This document shows positions 30,525 through 40,783 of a stretch of 64,000 bases of DNA, in pieces. Position 1 is the first letter of the stretch; every line of letters begins with the position of its first letter. The DNA is taken from positions 352,001-416,000 of the forward strand of contig CAWJAX010000003.1 in assembly GCA_963841015.1 (NCBI GenBank). Reading direction: 5' to 3'. The notes beneath the pieces were generated by a model. The model saw only the letters and a list, made by a program, of their open reading frames with translations, did no database searches and was not told the origin of the DNA. Made by a program: the position numbers and the translations under genes. The DNA comes from an uncultured Methanoregulaceae archaeon (GTDB lineage: Archaea > Halobacteriota > Methanomicrobia > Methanomicrobiales > Methanospirillaceae).

Positions 30525-30860
30525 TTATTCGTGAATCATCGTCAGCATCATTTTAAACCGTTGCTCTGCATGGAGGGCATGCGGTTTGTTTGCCGGCATG
30601 ATGATCATCTGGCCTTCCTTGAGCAGGTATTGGGTCTTCTCAATGGAGATCTCTGCTTCGCCATCAATTATTGTAGCAATTGCATCGAACGGTGCGGTAT
30701 GTTCTGACAGGCCTTCACCGGCATCGAAGGCAAAGAGGGTTATGGTCCCGCTCTTTTTGTACACGATCATGCGGCTCACTACGGATCCATCCTGGTAGGT
30801 GATGAGGTCTTTTGGATTCAGGATTTTTCCGGCAAGGTTTTCGTGGGATTTTTCTGGCAT
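30525..30860 (-). CDS. Cupin domain protein
   Basis: LFAFDAGEGLSEHTAPFDA and IIMPANKPHALHA cupin motifs. Confidence 0.9.
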   Translation of the reverse strand: MPEKSHENLAGKILNPKDLITYQDGSVVSRMIVYKKSGTITLFAFDAGEGLSEHTAPFDAIATIIDGEAEISIEKTQYLLKEGQMIIMPANKPHALHAEQRFKMMLTMIHE

Positions 30861-31580
30861 GGGATCACTTATGCATCTTATTGTGCAGGTGTTCATAAAG
30901 ACCTGTTTTGAGGACTGTCCGCTCCAGGTAGTTCCTTATAAGCGATACCAAGCAGGATACGAACTTACCCGATTTTGCACTCATTGTTAAGATAAAATAT
31001 TCAATTCCGTGAAACCCATAGTTCCATGATTTCAAGGCTGACAAAAGACCAAAAGATGACTTGCAAAAAGTGAAAAAAACAGTATTACTTATCCTACGGA
31101 AATTCTGACTGCTTAAAGGAATTGAGTTCATTTGAGCATTCTGAGACAAATAAGTAATTCGCTAAAAGGCGCAATTATAGAACTCATCTGATATCTTGTT
31201 CGCCATCGGAAATACCCAATGGTAATCCTGATCCTTATTCTGTCGATTGGATCCTAAAGATCAATCGGGCATGATGTAATTTGTGATATTAGCACCTCGA
31301 TCACGTTATAAAGGTGTGATTCGGTGGTATGTCATTAATTATCAGATGCACATCCAATTGAAAGTTTACACATCAGAACAGATGAATAACACTTTGCACA
31401 AAGTGTCTGATAATAGCATGCTAGATGCATACGCGGAAATTATGTAAGTCATGATTGCACCTTGATGACGATGAGGTGATCTGCATTTCATTTGCACGAC
31501 ATCTGCACGAGGAATAGAGGACAATACTTCAATGAAAACATAAATTGAATCATTGCAGTGAATACAAAAAAAGGTTGGAT

Positions 31581-32031
31581 TTAGACGTAGGTATCCAGTA
31601 ATACCTGATTGTGATCCATCGTCAAATGAACCAGCAACAACAACAGTGATGTTCTTGACCTGATGCTATAAGAACCAATAACGTCGAATGACGTTCCAAC
31701 CGACTGGGTTTGGTAGTTGCCGTTCCAATAGCGACCAATTCGTAGCCGCATCATAATCAGATGTATTGTATAGCATGTGCCATTTGGTGCAGTAACCATC
31801 AATATATTAAAGGGTTGAATCGTCCTGTCCACCATGTATGTCATGACATATACAGTTTGCATCTGGCTTCGTGCAGCAGTAGACTGCAACAACCTTGGTC
31901 TTGCTGATATTACCCGACATTCCAAACACGAACGCAGCAATGACTGCTGCGAGGATCACTGTAATAGCGACCATCAGGATCACACCGATAACGGGTGATA
32001 CTGCTTCATCATTCTTTCTTGTGTATACCAT
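31581..32031 (-). CDS. Archaeal type IV pilin (DUF1628 N-terminus) with several frameshifts in the variable region
   Basis: Class III signal KNDEA|VSPVIGVILMVAITVILAAVIAAFVFG; later pieces (KPDAN, HGGQD, QVLLDTYV) lie in different frames. Confidence 0.8.
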
Positions 32032-32460
32032 AATTTTGAACACCCTTTTCACAATGCCCACGTTGGACATGACAATGTATACTATTTCTATGAATGTTAT
32101 TAGTATATAAAGATTTCTTTTGAATTCAGATTCATTTTGGGTTTCATACAATAAAATACAACAAATTTTTATCGGGATACTCATAAAAATCGGGGTAAAT
32201 ACTTAATAATAAGCATAACTACAGGAACGTCGCCTGTTATGACCATAGTACCACCATTTAAGTCTCTACCGAAGCACTAGAGGAATTTAAAAAGTAAATT
32301 GAGACCCGGTATCTGCGAACATTAATAAAAGATCACTCTCGATGAGCGATTATCATTGTCATGAATATAATATTTCGCTCAGGATCAGGAGATATCAGGT
32401 TACCGGCGTTTTGGGTCTCGGAACATGAGGGATGCGAGAGGTCAAGGGATTTTTTGCTCT

Positions 32461-33568
32461 TTACGGGATTTCCCGGGTCGGGTCCAGTAGTATTTCATGC
32501 GGCAGCCCGGCGAGGGCAACCGCCCCAAGAGCACCGATGATGCCGTTACCCCCGTGCAGCGTAATACCGAACCGCTCCGCTGTCGCTTCCGCAACCGCCC
32601 GGGTGATTACCTGATCCCGGACGAGTCTCCCGTACTCTCTCAACCCACCAGGGATCTGGAGCCCGGACCGGATCGCTATCCCCCATTCATGGGAAAGCGA
32701 TTCATCTGCCACAAAGCGCAGTACCTTTTCTTCAAGATCCGCGTAACTTTCAGGAGAAACTGCCACTTCAATAAAACTCGCCGAGTTGCCGGCCGTTTTT
32801 GCAAAAACATCCTGGTTGAGCATTGCAACATGGTGGCTGATGGGGAGAACACCTTTGATCCGTGTCACATGGGAAAGAAGGGCCAGCGCAAGGGCAAATG
32901 TTGCACCGCCGGCTTTTGAATCGGTATCATCAATACCTATGGTCACATGCATCAGAGCCTGTGTCCGGACATTGCCTTCCACAATCGGCCCGGCATGCCG
33001 GGTCTTCACCTGGATAACCCCTTCCGCACGGGCCATCATATCCGACAACGAGTAGGCAGGGCCACCAATGCAGCGTATGTGCTGGATAACCGTATCTCCA
33101 TCCCGCTCAATCGCAGTGACCCCGACCGCGGGAAGCGGTGAGAGTCCTACCGGAACCTCATGCGACCCGATCCGGGCACATTCCCTCAGCAGGGTCCCGT
33201 CACGCTCCACGCTGATAAGAACACCTCCTGCCAGTGCATGGTGGTACCCGCAGAATGCTGCACAGGCCCCGCTCAGGCAGTCATGATAAATCTCGACGTT
33301 ATCACCATCAATCGTTGTGAAGATCCGGCGGCAGGCACTTGAAGGCATTGCACTGATCGCAACATAGCGTGCTGCACTTCGCCCGCGCTTCACCTCCCGT
33401 ACAAGAACACATCCCTCGCCAAGCAAGCCGGTTCACCCAGTCCTGTGCAGTGCTGCGGGGAATATTGGTAGAGTGCTGGATATCGGTGACGGTAAAAAAA
33501 CCGTTATCGAGAGTGAACTGCCGCATCAGGCGCAGATATTCGCGTCTGCGCTCAAGCACGCCGGACAT
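32461..33568 (-). CDS. Winged-HTH protein fused to a methanogenesis-marker-11/TiaS-like domain; frameshift near 33425
   Basis: N-terminal FTVTDIQHSTNIPRSTAQDWVNRL HTH, Cys/His cluster HDCLSGACAAFCGYHH, C-terminal IGIDDTDS...GATF and KTAGNSA. Confidence 0.7.
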
Positions 33569-34541
33569 AGCAGTCTTTGATGAACAGCAGGTCGCCGATG
33601 ATGGCACTTGCCGTCTCGATTGATCCTGCTCCCCTGCCGATCAGGGTAATCTCCTTAGCCATATCTGTTTCCAGGGTAAGGGCGTTTAAGGTACCCTCAA
33701 CAACAAGCGGGTGGTTCTTTTCAATGATACGGGGCGACACCCGGAGGATGTGTTTGCGGGGAATCGCTTCAGCAATCAGACGGATGGTGCTTCCTTCGTC
33801 ATCAGCAAGCCGTAATGCGTCGGGGGTCAGCAGATCAATACCCGTACGCTCGATATCGCTTAACCGTGTACCATTGCCCCAGATAGTATTGACAAGAATC
33901 ACGAGCTTGATGGCTGCATCTATTCCCTGAACATCATAGGTTGGATCCGCTTCTGCATACCCCATTTCCCGGGCTTCCATCAATGCCTGCTCATAAGTAA
34001 GCCCCTCAGCAGCCATACGGGTGAGAATATAATTGCAGGTGCCATTGAGGACACCATACAGGGCAAGGATCTCATTACCAGCCAGCCCGTGTTCCAGCAT
34101 GTGCATGATGGGAATTGCACCCGCAACGGTAGCTTCATACCGCAGGGCTACACCTTTCTTTGCTGCAAGCGCGCGGAGTTCTTTGTAGGCAAGGGCAATC
34201 GGCCCCTTATTTGAGGTTACAACATGTTTCTTCCGCAGAAGTGCTGTTTTGATATATCCTATTGCAGGTTCTCCGGTAAGAGCGTTGGTGGGAGTCACTT
34301 CAATAAGTGCATCGTAATCTGCCTTTTTGATCACGTCAGGAGCAGAAATCTTCTTATCGCCACAGTATCCTTTTTTGGTTTTACTCTCCAGCAGGCTTGC
34401 GATGTCAATCCCGTCAGGATCCAAAAAACCGCTTTTAGAATCGGCAATCCCCGTTATGGAAATCCCGAGATCCTTTTTGGCAATCATGCCGGCGACTCCC
34501 CTGCCGACCGAACCAAGGCCAATCAATGCAACCTTCATCAT
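33552..34541 (-). CDS. hom: Homoserine dehydrogenase
   Basis: GLGSVG Rossmann motif, HVVTSNKGP, YEATVAGAIP, GVLNGTCNYIL, GYAEADPTYDV. Confidence 0.95.
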   Translation of the reverse strand: MMKVALIGLGSVGRGVAGMIAKKDLGISITGIADSKSGFLDPDGIDIASLLESKTKKGYCGDKKISAPDVIKKADYDALIEVTPTNALTGEPAIGYIKTALLRKKHVVTSNKGPIALAYKELRALAAKKGVALRYEATVAGAIPIMHMLEHGLAGNEILALYGVLNGTCNYILTRMAAEGLTYEQALMEAREMGYAEADPTYDVQGIDAAIKLVILVNTIWGNGTRLSDIERTGIDLLTPDALRLADDEGSTIRLIAEAIPRKHILRVSPRIIEKNHPLVVEGTLNALTLETDMAKEITLIGRGAGSIETASAIIGDLLFIKDCYVRRA

Positions 34542-35041
34542 GCAATCTCCTCGAGGGGTTCAATAAGGAGCAGGGACTTCTGGTGTGAAACGCGGCGGAG
34601 AATTGCAAGAGCTGCCTCCATATCACCTTTGCTCACCGCTTTTATGGTTATCCGTGAGCTGGATCGCTCGTTCACAGCGGGCATCCTCATTGAAAGTTCG
34701 CAGACTTCAGCAAAACCGGTAGAATCGATCTGGTCAACCGTGTCAGAAAGATCGGTGTGCATAAGATGCCCGATCATAATCACCGTCCGTTTGTAAAGAA
34801 GGCGTTCCTCATCAATCCGCTGAATTCGCACACCCTGTTCTTTGAGAAGCGCAACAAGATTTTCCCGGCGCCCTTCCGGCAACTCGAGCACAATCTGCAC
34901 ATTCAGGGTATCATCATCAAGATCGGGTTCACGCTGGTGAATTACCGCAATGATATTTCCCCCGACATCGGATATGGGTTTGAGAGCAGCAACCAGCTGA
35001 CCGGGAGAATCCTTCATCTCAAGTTTCATGGAAACCTGCAC
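34538..35041 (-). CDS. ACT-domain amino acid-binding regulator associated with hom
   Basis: LEMKDSPGQLVAALKPISDVGGNIIAVIH ACT signature; GTG start after a GGTGG Shine-Dalgarno; overlaps hom. Confidence 0.85.
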   Translation of the reverse strand: MQVSMKLEMKDSPGQLVAALKPISDVGGNIIAVIHQREPDLDDDTLNVQIVLELPEGRRENLVALLKEQGVRIQRIDEERLLYKRTVIMIGHLMHTDLSDTVDQIDSTGFAEVCELSMRMPAVNERSSSRITIKAVSKGDMEAALAILRRVSHQKSLLLIEPLEEIA

Positions 35042-35173
35042 GAGACCACCTGTCAAGTAGTAGAACGGCTTTCAAGATAAGTCTTCTATTTTGAAAATCC
35101 TGACAGAGTGTTTTAAAAAAACATCTATCGTTCATTACCAGCGTAATTAACAAAAAATTCGATTCGTAACAAT

Positions 35174-35986
35174 TCAGAGTTTTCGGAGTTTATTATCCAC
35201 CTTTTCAAAGAAATTACGTTTGACGTCTACGAAAAGTGCCGGCTGTACAGATCTTTTGACGGCGATCGTCATTGAAATTCCCAGATCAATCGTCTTCTGG
35301 CCATCAATAACGAGGTGTGCGGGTTTTGAACTCTCCAGTTTGACTTCCAGGTTACGATCACTGCTTATGAGGTGAGGGCGGGAGGATAACAGGTAGGGAG
35401 CAAGCGGAACAAGTAAAAATCCCTGTATTCTCGGGTCAACAATGGGTCCTCCTGCACTCATTGCATATGCAGTGGAGCCGGTTGGCGTGCTGATTAAAAG
35501 ACCATCAGCACGGAACTGCTCAGTAGTAACCCCATCAACAATGATCGAGAACTTCAGCATTTTTGCCGGACGGGAAGTCACGATTAATGCTTCATTCAGG
35601 GCTGTTCCAAGACAGGCGCTGTCATTGGAAAGCGTGATTCTCATCCGTTCCTCAACAGAAAATCCGGATGAGAGTGTATGCACAAATTCCAGCGCTTCAT
35701 CGGGTTCAAGATCAGCAAGAAAACCCACCTCTCCCCAGTTGATGCCAAGAACCGGAACCGGGCGGTCCATCTGCTGGATCGTGCGGAGAATGGTTCCATC
35801 ACCGCCAATAATTATTACGGCATCTGTATGCGAATATTCGCACGAACCTCCAGGAATACCGAGAGACCGTGCAGTATCGGGGTCGAATGCAACTTCCAAC
35901 CCTTCTTTTTCAAGAACAGTTCTCAGTTTTTCAGCAAATACGAGTGCATCCCGGTTGTCAATCCGTGAAACGAGCAGAATTCTCAT
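35174..35986 (-). CDS. nadK: NAD+ kinase
   Basis: [41 protein letters not shown]. Confidence 0.95.
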   Translation of the reverse strand: MRILLVSRIDNRDALVFAEKLRTVLEKEGLEVAFDPDTARSLGIPGGSCEYSHTDAVIIIGGDGTILRTIQQMDRPVPVLGINWGEVGFLADLEPDEALEFVHTLSSGFSVEERMRITLSNDSACLGTALNEALIVTSRPAKMLKFSIIVDGVTTEQFRADGLLISTPTGSTAYAMSAGGPIVDPRIQGFLLVPLAPYLLSSRPHLISSDRNLEVKLESSKPAHLVIDGQKTIDLGISMTIAVKRSVQPALFVDVKRNFFEKVDNKLRKL

Positions 35987-35991
35987 GGTAA

Positions 35992-36768
35992 TCACCGCAG
36001 GTACTCGATCACTTTATGGTGCAGTATCCCGTTCGTAGCCACAAGACACCGCCCGATCGTTACTTCATTGGGAAAACGTATCGATTTGCCATCGAGGTCC
36101 GTAACTTTCCCACCCGCTTCGGTACAGATAAGCATCCCGGCGGCAGCATCAGTGACCCTGAGCGTCCCCCGGAGATCGACAAATCCATCAATCCTGCCGC
36201 ACCCGACATAACAGAGTTCAAGCGCTGATGCCCCCAGGAGACGCCATCGTCGTATCTTCTGCCCAAGCTGCATCATCCCCGAGGGATCGAATTTTCTCCC
36301 GTACACACTCATGGCACATGCATCCAGCTGGGAAACATCTGATACCTTTATGGGTTTATTATCACATTTCGCGAATTTCCCTTTTATTGCCGTGAACGTT
36401 TCGCCACTCGCAAGGTTACGGACAAACGCCTGCTGGGTAACTCCCTTCTCAGCGTATGCAATGGAAAGAGCATAGAAGGGAATACCGGCAACAGCATTGA
36501 ACGTTCCATCAACAGGATCGAGAAAGATGGTCCCGCCATCTCCTTTGAACTCCATCTTTCCGGCTTCTTCACTGACCAGGAGAGAGCAGAGCGGGTGCTC
36601 CTGTAAATACGTGACGACACAATCCTCTGCGACCTGATCGATCTTTTTTGTCGGGGTAAGATCGGCACCCATCTTTACGGTCTTACCACCGTTGGGAGTG
36701 CCGGTAAGATCTCGAATGCTTTCCTGTACAAGCTCCGCCATCTTCTCACAGGCAGAAAGAAACTCCAT
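35992..36768 (-). CDS. suhB: Bifunctional inositol monophosphatase / fructose-1,6-bisphosphatase
   Basis: [32 protein letters not shown]. Confidence 0.9.
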   Translation of the reverse strand: MEFLSACEKMAELVQESIRDLTGTPNGGKTVKMGADLTPTKKIDQVAEDCVVTYLQEHPLCSLLVSEEAGKMEFKGDGGTIFLDPVDGTFNAVAGIPFYALSIAYAEKGVTQQAFVRNLASGETFTAIKGKFAKCDNKPIKVSDVSQLDACAMSVYGRKFDPSGMMQLGQKIRRWRLLGASALELCYVGCGRIDGFVDLRGTLRVTDAAAGMLICTEAGGKVTDLDGKSIRFPNEVTIGRCLVATNGILHHKVIEYLR

Positions 36769-36871
36769 ATGCTTTGGGACAACTCCTTTATTACACGCTG
36801 TATTTATGTAATGCGATGAAGATAAATTACTACCGCGTTTGCGATATGTGGTTATTCAAGGTGTACATGAA

Positions 36872-37249
36872 ATGAAAGAGCAGACAGAAATAGGAAAAAT
36901 CAAGGAAGGACGCTATGTTGTTATCGAAGACGAACCCTGCAGGGTACTCGGCATTGCCACATCAAAGCCCGGAAAACACGGTGCAGCAAAGGCCCGGATC
37001 GATGCAGTCGGTATCTTTGACGGGGTCAAGCGATCTATTGTTCAACCAGTATCGGCAAAAGCATATATCCCGGTTGTCGAACGCAAGAGCGGCCAGGTAA
37101 TCTCCATTGCCGGCAATACCGCACAACTGATGGATATGAAGGATTTTACCAATTTTGAAATTCCCATTCCTGAAGACAGGAAAAGTGTTGTTGAAGTTGG
37201 CAAAGAGATCGTCTATATTGAATCCATGGGGAAGAGAAAGATCGATTAA
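36872..37249 (+). CDS. eif5a: Translation factor aIF-5A
   Basis: SKPGKHGAAK hypusination motif. Confidence 0.95.
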   Translation: MKEQTEIGKIKEGRYVVIEDEPCRVLGIATSKPGKHGAAKARIDAVGIFDGVKRSIVQPVSAKAYIPVVERKSGQVISIAGNTAQLMDMKDFTNFEIPIPEDRKSVVEVGKEIVYIESMGKRKID

Positions 37250-37387
37250 AATCAGTGCTGTTTTTTCACAACAATATTCTTAATTATTTTCTTTAGGAGG
37301 AAAAAATCTATTTTGAGATTTTTTAATGATAAATTCCTCACTACTCAGGAGTAACCTGATCAGTTTTTACGGAGAAGAGAGAGAGAA

Positions 37388-38170
37388 TTAATATTTTCCA
37401 ATATATTCCGCCGGAACACGGATTTCAATAGTATAGGAACTGAGTGCCTGGGTGTTAATTACAAAATAGTAATTTCGCTGGCCTTCGTAGAATTTTTCTT
37501 TCCAGGGACGGGGATCTGAATCGGTCCATAACGTAGAATCAAGGCCCCCGGGAGGGGTGATGGTCCGGACAATCCGGTTGGGATCATCAGCATCCATCAC
37601 CTGAAGGTTAAACACCGGAGTGATAACGGAAAATGATCCCTGCACAAAGGAATGGGAAATTCCGCTTCCTTCCTCACCGAGAACAGTTGAAGTACCCAGT
37701 TTCTGATCCTTACCTCCCATCTTTCCCGCAGGTTCGACAGTATACCAGAGTTCCCAGTAAGGAAACGGGATATGCATAACCTGGGTGGTGCCACGGTATT
37801 GACCGGAAATTGTTGCATAGGTTATCCTGCTGGCGTTACGGCCGGCACTGTCAATCCGGGTGCCATTTGGAAGTGACTGGTTCAACGAAATCCCATAGGA
37901 GGCAGGATTAACAAATCCAACCTTCACGATATTTTTGTCCCAGGTTGGAACCGGTGTCGGGGGACGTGTTATTGCAGCAGTCGCCGGGATCACTACGACC
38001 GACACTCCACTCGTATCAGGAGTTGTCACCGGGTAGGTAGGATACGGAGTGGTCGCTTCTGGAAGACCAAGATTCAGCGGTTGTCCTGTCGCAAGCGGTT
38101 TAACGACCAGTGCTACAATCAGGATGATGACCATTGCACCCACTGCATACATGACAGCTTTTTTATCCAT
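37388..38170 (-). CDS. Hypothetical membrane-anchored exported protein (paralog of 56565-57218)
   Basis: N-terminal TM, Pro/Thr linker, TQVMHIPFPYWEL and YFVINTQALSSYTIEIRVP. Confidence 0.7.
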   Translation of the reverse strand: MDKKAVMYAVGAMVIILIVALVVKPLATGQPLNLGLPEATTPYPTYPVTTPDTSGVSVVVIPATAAITRPPTPVPTWDKNIVKVGFVNPASYGISLNQSLPNGTRIDSAGRNASRITYATISGQYRGTTQVMHIPFPYWELWYTVEPAGKMGGKDQKLGTSTVLGEEGSGISHSFVQGSFSVITPVFNLQVMDADDPNRIVRTITPPGGLDSTLWTDSDPRPWKEKFYEGQRNYYFVINTQALSSYTIEIRVPAEYIGKY

Positions 38171-38461
38171 GCGGGAACAGTAAAAAATAGTTTGGTTTCC
38201 TTGCATAAATACTCGCATATTGGGCGAAAATGAGGTTGCAGAGGATATTTTGGAAAATGTACTCTCTCACATTCACAATTATTAGCGCAGAATAAAAGTT
38301 GGGCGATTCTTTGTTCATGATTATTTGAAATTGCACTGAAAAAACGCCAAAATCCAGAAAAAAAGACAGCCTACAAGAAAAATCTATATATACTATGACA
38401 TCATTTTATGAATTAGGGACGTTGGTATATCCAGGGTCCACTTTCCAACTAAGGTGAATTT

Positions 38462-39028
38462 ATGAGTTCTGTGAAACGTAATGATGAAGGGTTCACTGGC
38501 CTTGAGGCAGCGATTGTGCTTATCGCATTCGTTGTCGTTGCGGCAGTGTTCTCATATGTCGTACTCGGCGCCGGGTTCTTTACAACCCAGAAAGCCCAGG
38601 AGACTGTGTACAAAGGTGTTGAACAATCAACTGCAAACATCCAGATGATAGGTAACCTCTACGGCTTATCAAACAACACGGCTGGTAAAATTGATGAGGT
38701 CAAATTCTCTATCGGTCTTGCCCCGGGTGCACCACCCATTGATTTAACGGGTATGAAGATTGTCTTCTCCACACCAACCACTGGCCCAATCATCCTTACC
38801 CAGGGTCCAGTTGCCAGTACGACCGTATTTACCACACAATTAAATGGTAATCCGGCATTCAATAACCTATCAATGAGTGGAAACGACCAGATACAGGTCC
38901 ATTTCATAGTAGCTGGTGTTGATCCTAATACCAAAATGAACCTTGAGTTAAGACCGTCTGTCGGAGCGGCATTACCATTCTCAAAGACTGCACCTGCAAC
39001 AATTGCAAATACGAATATTCTCTATTAA
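38462..39028 (+). CDS. flaB: Archaellin
   Basis: Class III signal KRNDEG|FTGLEAAIVLIAFVVVAAVFSYVVLGAGF; AAGGTGA Shine-Dalgarno; T-rich terminator after the stop. Confidence 0.95.
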   Translation: MSSVKRNDEGFTGLEAAIVLIAFVVVAAVFSYVVLGAGFFTTQKAQETVYKGVEQSTANIQMIGNLYGLSNNTAGKIDEVKFSIGLAPGAPPIDLTGMKIVFSTPTTGPIILTQGPVASTTVFTTQLNGNPAFNNLSMSGNDQIQVHFIVAGVDPNTKMNLELRPSVGAALPFSKTAPATIANTNILY

Positions 39029-39088
39029 TCTCTCCTTTTTTTAAACTCATAGTTAAATCTGCAGGTCATCCTCCTGCCGCAGCGGATG

Positions 39089-40126
39089 TTATTCTAACCC
39101 TGGAGGAGATAATTTGGATGAAGCATCGAAATTACCGGAAGGAGAGGTTTTAAGATAGATCGTCTCTATTTTCCTGATCTTTGCGATTTCCGCAATTACC
39201 AGGTACATGTGAATAATCGCCAGTTCCACATCATCTTTGGACACACGCTCGTGCAATACTCGTGTTTTTTCATGGGGGTGTTGAGCCTTTGCAAAGATAT
39301 ATGCCATTTCTGATTCGATCATCGATACTCCCGGATCATTTCCTGAATTCTGTTCAATATAGGAAAAAATCCGGTTGAGGTATTGATCCGGCGCAATACT
39401 CCGTTCATGCCCTTTCTTGTCCCGGTAGATTTTTTCCAAGGGGGGAACAAGGGTATCAGCAACAATGACCAGTATCTTCTGGACTGCACCAAGAGCCTGT
39501 GCATAGGACTCGGGATCAAAATACCGCATCCGCTCATTTATTTCAAGGAGCTGTTCGCCGGCCCGGGGACAGTTCTCCCGGATAAACCTGTCAGCAGCCA
39601 GTCGTGTATCTTCAAAGATATCCTCGGCAAAATCCCCGACCGAGAGGGATATGTTTACCTCGGTAATATAATTGTGGATAGCGGTTTTAAGACGTTCAAA
39701 ATCATTGACCAGTTCATGGTGTTTATTCAGGATCTGTATTTTCTGGCTTTCGTTTGCCCCTATTTTTGTCACAGATTCGATTTTAGTTGAATTGATATAG
39801 GATTCAAGGTGGGGAAGACCGATGGAGTGAGGCCGTCGCGTCTTTTCGTCCCGGATCACCGGTCTGTCACTGGTATAATATTTTTTGCAGGATCCCAGTT
39901 CACCTGGATCGAATACAACGGGATAGCCCATAATCTCATAATCCAGCCATTTCTGGGCATCAGAATCATGCAACATGCGGGCCAGTCGTTTGGCTTTCAT
40001 TAAAATCTGCGATATGGGCAACTGGTTGATTTCCAAATCTCCAAGAATGATATTGGATAATTCTTTTGCCATTCTCAGGTTCGAATTCTGATAATCGTCC
40101 ATAACCATTTTTGGTTCTTCTCCCAT
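39089..40126 (-). CDS. AbiTii-like domain protein
   Basis: N-terminal ISQILMKAKRLARMLHDSDAQKWLDYEIMGY resembles the AbiTii signature; helical C-terminal domain. Confidence 0.6.
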   Translation of the reverse strand: MGEEPKMVMDDYQNSNLRMAKELSNIILGDLEINQLPISQILMKAKRLARMLHDSDAQKWLDYEIMGYPVVFDPGELGSCKKYYTSDRPVIRDEKTRRPHSIGLPHLESYINSTKIESVTKIGANESQKIQILNKHHELVNDFERLKTAIHNYITEVNISLSVGDFAEDIFEDTRLAADRFIRENCPRAGEQLLEINERMRYFDPESYAQALGAVQKILVIVADTLVPPLEKIYRDKKGHERSIAPDQYLNRIFSYIEQNSGNDPGVSMIESEMAYIFAKAQHPHEKTRVLHERVSKDDVELAIIHMYLVIAEIAKIRKIETIYLKTSPSGNFDASSKLSPPGLE

Positions 40127-40783
40127 GTTAGAAATCTTAATTGCTATAAATACGTTCTCATCATCAGGGACTATAACACTATGGTTGCATCATCCACAGG
40201 TTGGCAGGTCAGTCATGGTTTGTCCACCTGAAAAAGCGAAGGCCGGATACCCGGTTTTACATTCGGTTTTACTTGAAGGGATAATATCAGGAAACATGAA
40301 CTCAAATACCCACAGCAAAAAGGAAGCGGAAAACGCTCCCAGGTTTGCCGGTTAATCCATTGAGAAAGGAGGTTGGTATTGATTCATAGTGTCGACAGGA
40401 TACAGGATTATATTCCTCATGGGGGGAACCATTCGATTATTCTTTCATTCATTTACCATGAAAACGGTAATTTGTGCTTGTACGGTAACCAAAACTTTTT
40501 TTATTCCATAAAAAACCCCAGTGTTATTCTATGATGATGAAATCAGAGAAAATGTTTAATCATCCCCTGCACATATACAATTGACCCGGATGATTCGGTT
40601 TTTCTTTTTGTTACTGCCGTGTAGGGGGAATACCTGAAGAATGAAAAAACAGAGAGTTTGTCTCACAATCAGCCTTTATTCGGAGTTAAATTTTTTTGTT
40701 TTTCTGCTTTAACCAGTAATTATTGCTATTTACGTAACACAATGTTTAATAATCATGAATGAAATATAACAAATAGATACATC

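Noticed and set aside
31389-31406. Perfect palindrome ACACTTTG-CA-CAAAGTGT
   Set aside because: Single occurrence, not near a promoter, in a region of doubtful sequence quality
28182-32300. Integrated element or provirus at tRNA-Leu
   Set aside because: No integrase, viral genes or downstream tRNA 3'-end duplication seen; only accessory-type genes
35042-35173. Thr/Met/Ile-rich leader peptide upstream of the ACT-hom genes
   Set aside because: Looked for by analogy with the aro leader; no such short ORF is visible
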